From an uncultured Acidobacteriota bacterium (GTDB lineage Bacteria; Acidobacteriota; Vicinamibacteria; Fen-336): a DNA stretch of 64,000 nucleotides. The notes beneath the pieces are model-generated. The model searched no databases and was not told the DNA's origin. It saw nothing but the letters and a program-made list of their open reading frames with translations. Of the stretch, positions 59,355-64,000 are shown one piece after another (position 1 is the first letter of the stretch; every line of letters begins with the position of its first letter). The stretch is taken from NCBI GenBank assembly GCA_963732935.1, contig CAVTBK010000005.1, forward strand, positions 528,736-592,735, in the 5' to 3' direction. Both the position numbers and the translations under genes were made by a program.

Positions 59355-60037
59355 AGACGCGCGTGCTGATCGTCGAGGACGAGCCGCTGCTGGTGATGAC
59401 CCTCAGCGACCGCCTGCGGGCGGAGGGCTACGAGATCGAGTCGGCCACGAACGGCGAGCTGGGCCTGACCCGCGCGCGCACGGGCTCTTTCGACCTCGTC
59501 CTGCTCGACGTGGCCCTGCCGCTGCGCAACGGCTTCGACGTTCTGCGTGACCTGCGCCAGCAGCGCGTGGACACGCCCGTGGTCATGCTCACCGCGCGGG
59601 GCCAGGTCGTCGACCGAGTGCTGGGGCTCAAGCTGGGTGCCGACGACTACCTGCCGAAGCCCTTCGACGCCATGGAGCTGCTCGCCCGCATCGAGGCCGT
59701 CCTGCGCCGGCGCAAGGGCACCGCGACCCCCTCCGGCGGCAGCGTCGTGTTCGGCGAGGTACGGGTGGACTTCCGGCGCGCCGAGGTCCAGCGCGAGGGG
59801 AAGCCGGTCGAGCTCTCCAGCCTGGAGTTCAAGCTGCTGCGCTACTTCGTCGAGCACCGCGGCGAGCTGCTTTCGCGGCACGAGCTGCTCCAGCGCGTGT
59901 GGGGGTACCCGGCGGTCCTCCAGACGCGCACCGTCGACGTCCACGTGGCGTCTCTCCGCCAGAAGCTGGAGCCCCACCCGGCCAAGCCCGAGCACATCCT
60001 GACCGTGCACCGGATGGGCTACCGCTTCGTCGGGTGA
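59351..60037 (+). CDS. OmpR-family response regulator
   Basis: REC (VLIVEDEPLL...DLVLLDVALP) with a winged-helix trans_reg_C domain (...TVHRMGYRFVG). Its start overlaps the kinase stop. Confidence 0.9.
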   Translation: MKTRVLIVEDEPLLVMTLSDRLRAEGYEIESATNGELGLTRARTGSFDLVLLDVALPLRNGFDVLRDLRQQRVDTPVVMLTARGQVVDRVLGLKLGADDYLPKPFDAMELLARIEAVLRRRKGTATPSGGSVVFGEVRVDFRRAEVQREGKPVELSSLEFKLLRYFVEHRGELLSRHELLQRVWGYPAVLQTRTVDVHVASLRQKLEPHPAKPEHILTVHRMGYRFVG

Positions 60038-60132
60038 GCCGGGCAGCGGTCAGGGCGGTCGCGGTCGGCTGGCTGTAAGTCTATTAGGAAGAACCAGATC
60101 GGTCCGCCAGCGGTTTCGGTTTCGATCTCCCC

Positions 60133-60852
60133 TTGCGGTGGGGGTGCTCGATGGCCCATGATCCCACCCCTCGGCACGCAGCGGAGGGTCGAAGCCCCAT
60201 GCTCACCACCGACGTCGGTCGGGACGCGGCACACTGCGACGACTTCTTCGAGGCACGGCTCCGCTTCGGCATCCGCAGACCGGCGGGTTGGCGCTTCCTG
60301 TCCAGCTCCGGGTCCCCCGCCGCGCGAGCCCTGGGACGCAGAGCCGACGCGACCCGGCCCCATCCGCCGTTCGTGGCCATGGTGCGGGACGTCGCCAGTG
60401 ACCGTCATCCCCGTCCGACCATCCAGGTCAGCTGCCGCCGGGTCGGCCCGCAGGCCGAGGCGAAGCTGCGCCAGCTGCTGCGCGCGCACCTCGACTCCTT
60501 GCGCCGCCAGCTCGACGGCTTCGAGCTGCTGACGTCCTCGCTCGACAACATCGTCGGTGGCCGGCGGACCGCACACCTGCAGTACCGCTACGTCCTGCAC
60601 GTGCCCTGCGGGGCGGAGGCCTGCCCGATGCCCGTCCTGGCCCACAACTACCTGGTGCCGACCGCGGGGCTGGTCTTCACGATCGCGATGTCGAGCAGCC
60701 AGGACGGGCGCTACTTCGACGAGGGGGACTTCGCGGCGGCGCTCGCGTCGGTCCGCATCGGCTCCTCTGGCCGCCGCAGATCCGGCCCGACCTTCGACCG
60801 GCCTCGGGTGATCGGCTGGACCGGGACTCCGGCCCGCGTCTCGTCCTCCTGA
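60133..60852 (+). CDS. Hypothetical protein (weak)
   Basis: Long ORF with plausible non-repetitive segments (QLLRAHLDSLRRQLDGFELLTSSLDNIVGG...YVLHVPCGAEACPMPVLAHNYLVPTAGLVFTIAMSS) and no recognisable domain. Confidence 0.3.
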   Translation: MRWGCSMAHDPTPRHAAEGRSPMLTTDVGRDAAHCDDFFEARLRFGIRRPAGWRFLSSSGSPAARALGRRADATRPHPPFVAMVRDVASDRHPRPTIQVSCRRVGPQAEAKLRQLLRAHLDSLRRQLDGFELLTSSLDNIVGGRRTAHLQYRYVLHVPCGAEACPMPVLAHNYLVPTAGLVFTIAMSSSQDGRYFDEGDFAAALASVRIGSSGRRRSGPTFDRPRVIGWTGTPARVSSS

Positions 60853-61174
60853 AGGCCCCATCAGCTCTCCACCCGGGCGCGTCGTCCCAGCGACTCTCCG
60901 CCCGGCAGGCTCGGCATACAATTGGCGGCACCCCGTCACTTACCCGTACTTCCTCGAGAAGGTCGATGCCCGCAGACCCACGTGTCAGCATCCTGATCGC
61001 GGCCACCGCCGGCCCCCGACTGGAGCGGATTGCCGGTGCCCTGGTCCGGCAGTCGGCCTCGCTCGAGCGGGTCGGTATGCCTGCGCTTCGAGCAGCGAGA
61101 GGGAGCCCATTGGTCCTGGTGGTAGGATCGCAACGGTCCAGTCGAGCGCTCTCCCACAGAATCGTCCTGGAGGC

Positions 61175-62446
61175 GTGTCCTTGAGTGTTCCGCTACCCCT
61201 CGCGTCAGCCGCTGGCGGTGAAGGCAGCGCCGTACCGACGATCCTGCTGGCGCTCGCGTTCGTGGTCGTCGGGGCCAAGCTGGCAGGCGAGCTGGTCGAG
61301 CGGCTGGGCCAGCCCGCCGTGCTCGGCGAGCTGCTGGTCGGCATCGTGCTCGGCAACGCGACGCTCTTCGGAGGGCCCGATGCCTCGGCCCTCGCCGCCA
61401 GTGAGACCTTCACCGTGCTCGCCGAGCTCGGTGCCGTGCTGCTCCTCTTCCACGTGGGGCTCGAGTCGACGCCCAAGGAGATGGCCGCGGTCGGAGGCCG
61501 CGCCACGCTGGTGGCCATCGTGGGCGTCGTCACGCCCATGCTGCTGGGCTTCGGCGTCGGCGAGCTGCTGCGGCCCGACGAGTCGTGGCTGCTCCACGCC
61601 TTCCTGGGCGCCATGCTCGCCGCCACCAGCGTCGGCATCACCGCCCGGGTCCTGAAGGACGCCCACGCCCTGCGAACCGGCTTCGCGCGCATCATCCTGG
61701 GCGCCGCCGTGATCGACGACGTGCTCGGCCTGCTGGTGCTCGCCGTCGTCTCCGGCATCATCAGCGCGGCCGCCACCGGCGCCACCCTCTCGCTGGGCGC
61801 GATCGTCCTCATCCTGCTCAAGGCCTTCGTGTTCCTGGCCGGCGCGCTGCTGGTCGGATCGCTGGTGTCGCCCCGCGTCTTCCGCAGCGCGCTCGCCCTG
61901 CGCTCGCGCGGGGTCGTGCTCTCGCTCGCGCTCGGGTTCTGCTTCGTGCTCTCCTACCTGGCCCTGCGCGCCGGGCTGGCCCCGATCGTGGGCGCCTTCG
62001 CGGCGGGCCTGGTCCTGGAGGACGTGCACTTCGAAAAGCACGTGCAGCGCGGCGAGCCGCCCTTGCACGAGAGCCTCGAGCCCCTGATCGCTCTGCTGGT
62101 CCCCGTCTTCTTCGTCAGGATGGGGATGCTGGTGGACCTGCGCTCGTTCCTCTCGCCCGCGGTGCTCGGCTTCGCCGCACTGCTCACCGTCGCTGCCATC
62201 CTGGGCAAGCTCGCCTGCGCCGTGGCGACGCCCAAGGGCATCTCCGGCCTGACGGTGGGCCTCGGCATGATGCCGCGCGGCGAGGTGGGCCTCATCTTCG
62301 CCGGCATCGGCGCCGAGCTGGTCCTGGCCGGAAGGCCGGTCGTGGACGCCGGCACCTACGCGGCGGCCGTCTTCATGGTGGTCGCCACCACGATCGCGAC
62401 GCCGCCGCTGCTCCTCTGGTCGATCCGGAGGCGCCCGGCCGCCTAG
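61175..62446 (+). CDS. Cation:proton antiporter (CPA2/Kef-type)
   Basis: PTILLALAFVVVGAKLAGELVERLGQPAVLGELLVGIVLGNA..., with 12-13 TM helices. The start codon is uncertain. Confidence 0.8.
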   Translation: MSLSVPLPLASAAGGEGSAVPTILLALAFVVVGAKLAGELVERLGQPAVLGELLVGIVLGNATLFGGPDASALAASETFTVLAELGAVLLLFHVGLESTPKEMAAVGGRATLVAIVGVVTPMLLGFGVGELLRPDESWLLHAFLGAMLAATSVGITARVLKDAHALRTGFARIILGAAVIDDVLGLLVLAVVSGIISAAATGATLSLGAIVLILLKAFVFLAGALLVGSLVSPRVFRSALALRSRGVVLSLALGFCFVLSYLALRAGLAPIVGAFAAGLVLEDVHFEKHVQRGEPPLHESLEPLIALLVPVFFVRMGMLVDLRSFLSPAVLGFAALLTVAAILGKLACAVATPKGISGLTVGLGMMPRGEVGLIFAGIGAELVLAGRPVVDAGTYAAAVFMVVATTIATPPLLLWSIRRRPAA

Positions 62447-62586
62447 GGCCCTGGCCCCGAAGAGCCGCCCGCGCGCGGTAGCTCTCGATCCGGCCGGGGT
62501 GGCCGTGCCGGCGGTCCGCGCGCATACTACAATCATCCAAGATTTCATACGGGGGTCTTCTCCGAAGCCGCCCTCGCGGGCCGAGC

Positions 62587-63570
62587 ATGCACATCCCCGA
62601 CGGGTTCCTCGACGTCCGGACCATCGCCACCACCGGCGCGCTCTCCGCCTCCGGGCTCTCGGTCGCGCTGGCGCGGCTCCGCCGCGGCCTGCCGCGGCGG
62701 CGGATCCCGCTGATGGGGCTGACCGCCGCGTTCCTGTTCGCCGCCCAGATGCTCAACTTTCCGGTCGCGGCCGGCACCTCCGGTCACCTGCTGGGCGCCG
62801 TCCTGGCCACGGTGCTGCTCGGTCCGAGCGCGGCCGTGGTGGTGATGACGGCCGTCCTGCTCGTCCAGGCCCTGTTGTTCGCCGACGGCGGTCTGCTCGC
62901 CCTGGGCGCCAACGTCTTCAACATGGCGGTCGTCGCCGTCCTGGGGGGATTTGCCGTCCTCCAGCCTCTGCGACGGCTGCTGCCGGGGCCGCGCGGCCTG
63001 CTGACGGCGACCGCCTTCGCTTCCTGGTCCTCCGTGGTGCTCGCCTCGATCGCCTGCGCTGCGGAGCTGGCGGCCTCGCGCGTCGCACCCTGGCGGCTGG
63101 CCTTCCCCGCCATGGCCGGCACCCATGCGTTGATCGGACTCGGCGAGGCGCTGATCGCCTCCCTGGTGGTGGCCGCCATCCTGCGCACCCGTCCGGACCT
63201 GCTCGATCTCCCGCGCGGCACGGGCGCCTCCCCCGGCCGGCCGTCGGCTTCCCGCCTGCGGCTGCCGGCCGCCTATGGCCTGGCCGCCGTCCTGGGAGTC
63301 GTGGTGCTCGGCGTCCCCTTCGCCTCCACGCGGCCCGACGGCCTGGAGCGGGTGGCGGAGCAGCTCGGCTTTGCGGGCCGCGCCGAAACCACCGACGAGG
63401 CCGCGCCCATGCCCGACTACCGGCTGCCCGGCATCGGATCGGCGACCGCCGCCACCTGGGCCGCCGGCGGCGCGGGGGTGCTGCTCGTGTTCGCTCTCGC
63501 GCGGGCTCTCGCCCGCGCGCTCGTCCGCGAGCCGGATCCCGGGACGCCGCCCGGGTCGTCGAAGGGCTGA
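62587..63570 (+). CDS. cbiM: Energy-coupling-factor (cobalt/nickel) transporter substrate-capture component CbiM/NikM with C-terminal PDGLE domain
   Basis: N-terminal MHIPDGFLD motif, seven TM segments, and a C-terminal ...RPDGLERVAEQLGF... (PDGLE) plus an extra TM. Confidence 0.8.
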   Translation: MHIPDGFLDVRTIATTGALSASGLSVALARLRRGLPRRRIPLMGLTAAFLFAAQMLNFPVAAGTSGHLLGAVLATVLLGPSAAVVVMTAVLLVQALLFADGGLLALGANVFNMAVVAVLGGFAVLQPLRRLLPGPRGLLTATAFASWSSVVLASIACAAELAASRVAPWRLAFPAMAGTHALIGLGEALIASLVVAAILRTRPDLLDLPRGTGASPGRPSASRLRLPAAYGLAAVLGVVVLGVPFASTRPDGLERVAEQLGFAGRAETTDEAAPMPDYRLPGIGSATAATWAAGGAGVLLVFALARALARALVREPDPGTPPGSSKG

Positions 63571-63574
63571 CGGC

Positions 63575-64000
63575 GTGCGCCACGATTTCCTCGACAAGTG
63601 GAGCCGGCTCGACAGCCCCGTCCACCGGCTGCCGCCCGCGGCCAAGCTCCTGGGTGCGGTGGCGCTGGTGCTGGCGACCGTCGTGGTCCCGGTCCGCTCC
63701 CCCTGGCTCTTCGCCGGCGTAGGGCTGCTGCTGCTGCTGCTCGTCCTCCTGAGCCGGGTGCCCGTCCGCTTCCTGGCCCTCCGGCTGCTGCTGCTCGAGC
63801 CCTTCGTGGCCGGTGTCGCGGTCCTCTCGCTGTTCCAGCCGAACGGGCTCGTCCTCGCGTCGCTGCTCGTGCTGCGCAGCACGCTCTGCCTCGCCACCAT
63901 GATCCTGCTCACCAGCACTACACCTTTCGCGGAGATCCTGCGGGTGCTGCGGCGGATCCGGCTGCCCACGCTGCTGCTCACCACGATAGCCCTCATGTAC
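63575..64000 (+). CDS. cbiQ: ECF transporter T component (CbiQ), 3' end outside window
   Basis: GTG start 5 nt after the cbiM stop; VRHDFLDKWSRLDSPVHRLPPAAKLLGAVALVLATVV..., consistent with a CbiQ fold. It is open to the end of the window. Confidence 0.5.
   Translation, partial: MRHDFLDKWSRLDSPVHRLPPAAKLLGAVALVLATVVVPVRSPWLFAGVGLLLLLLVLLSRVPVRFLALRLLLLEPFVAGVAVLSLFQPNGLVLASLLVLRSTLCLATMILLTSTTPFAEILRVLRRIRLPTLLLTTIALMY

Noticed and set aside
62447-62586. Cobalamin or other riboswitch upstream of cbiM
   Set aside because: The 140-nt leader is too short, and no B12-box or NiCo-like conserved core could be recognised by eye.

Overview
This is a 64-kb chromosomal window from a high-GC (about 70%) Gram-negative bacterium; BamA, TonB and CarboxypepD_reg-type TonB-dependent receptors give it an Acidobacteriota-like flavour. 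Most of it is ordinary housekeeping and transport: a truncated radical SAM gene, a purL riddled with frameshifts, an SSF transporter, ctaA, ldh, a rhamnulokinase/amidohydrolase locus with two cytoplasmic PBP-like proteins, a GNAT-nitrilase fusion, an NtrC-type regulator with a sugar ABC transporter and the treY-glgX-treZ trehalose operon, an APC-Usp permease, TonB, BamA, an OmpR-type two-component system, a CPA antiporter and cbiMNQ. The standout region is 4.87-19.23 kb on the minus strand. It encodes a 2617-aa secreted giant protein with N-terminal adhesin-like repeats and a C-terminal gingipain-like peptidase C25 domain, with a small Ser-His S24/S26-like peptidase gene abutting its stop codon (TAG-GTG). 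Directly upstream and co-oriented is a RiPP-like maturation cassette (SAM methyltransferase, PqqD/RRE, radical SAM/SPASM, HPr-kinase-like lasso-type kinase) that has no recognisable precursor peptide, lasso cyclase or leader protease. An intact ~1.5-kb IS481/ISNCY-like insertion sequence with an 18-bp flanking direct repeat splits this cassette. Other notable DNA-level signals are a 15-bp AT-rich box (GTAAGCGATGTAAAT) found twice in promoter position next to the two-component system, TAGAAT -10 elements placed for leaderless transcripts, and the frameshifted purL.
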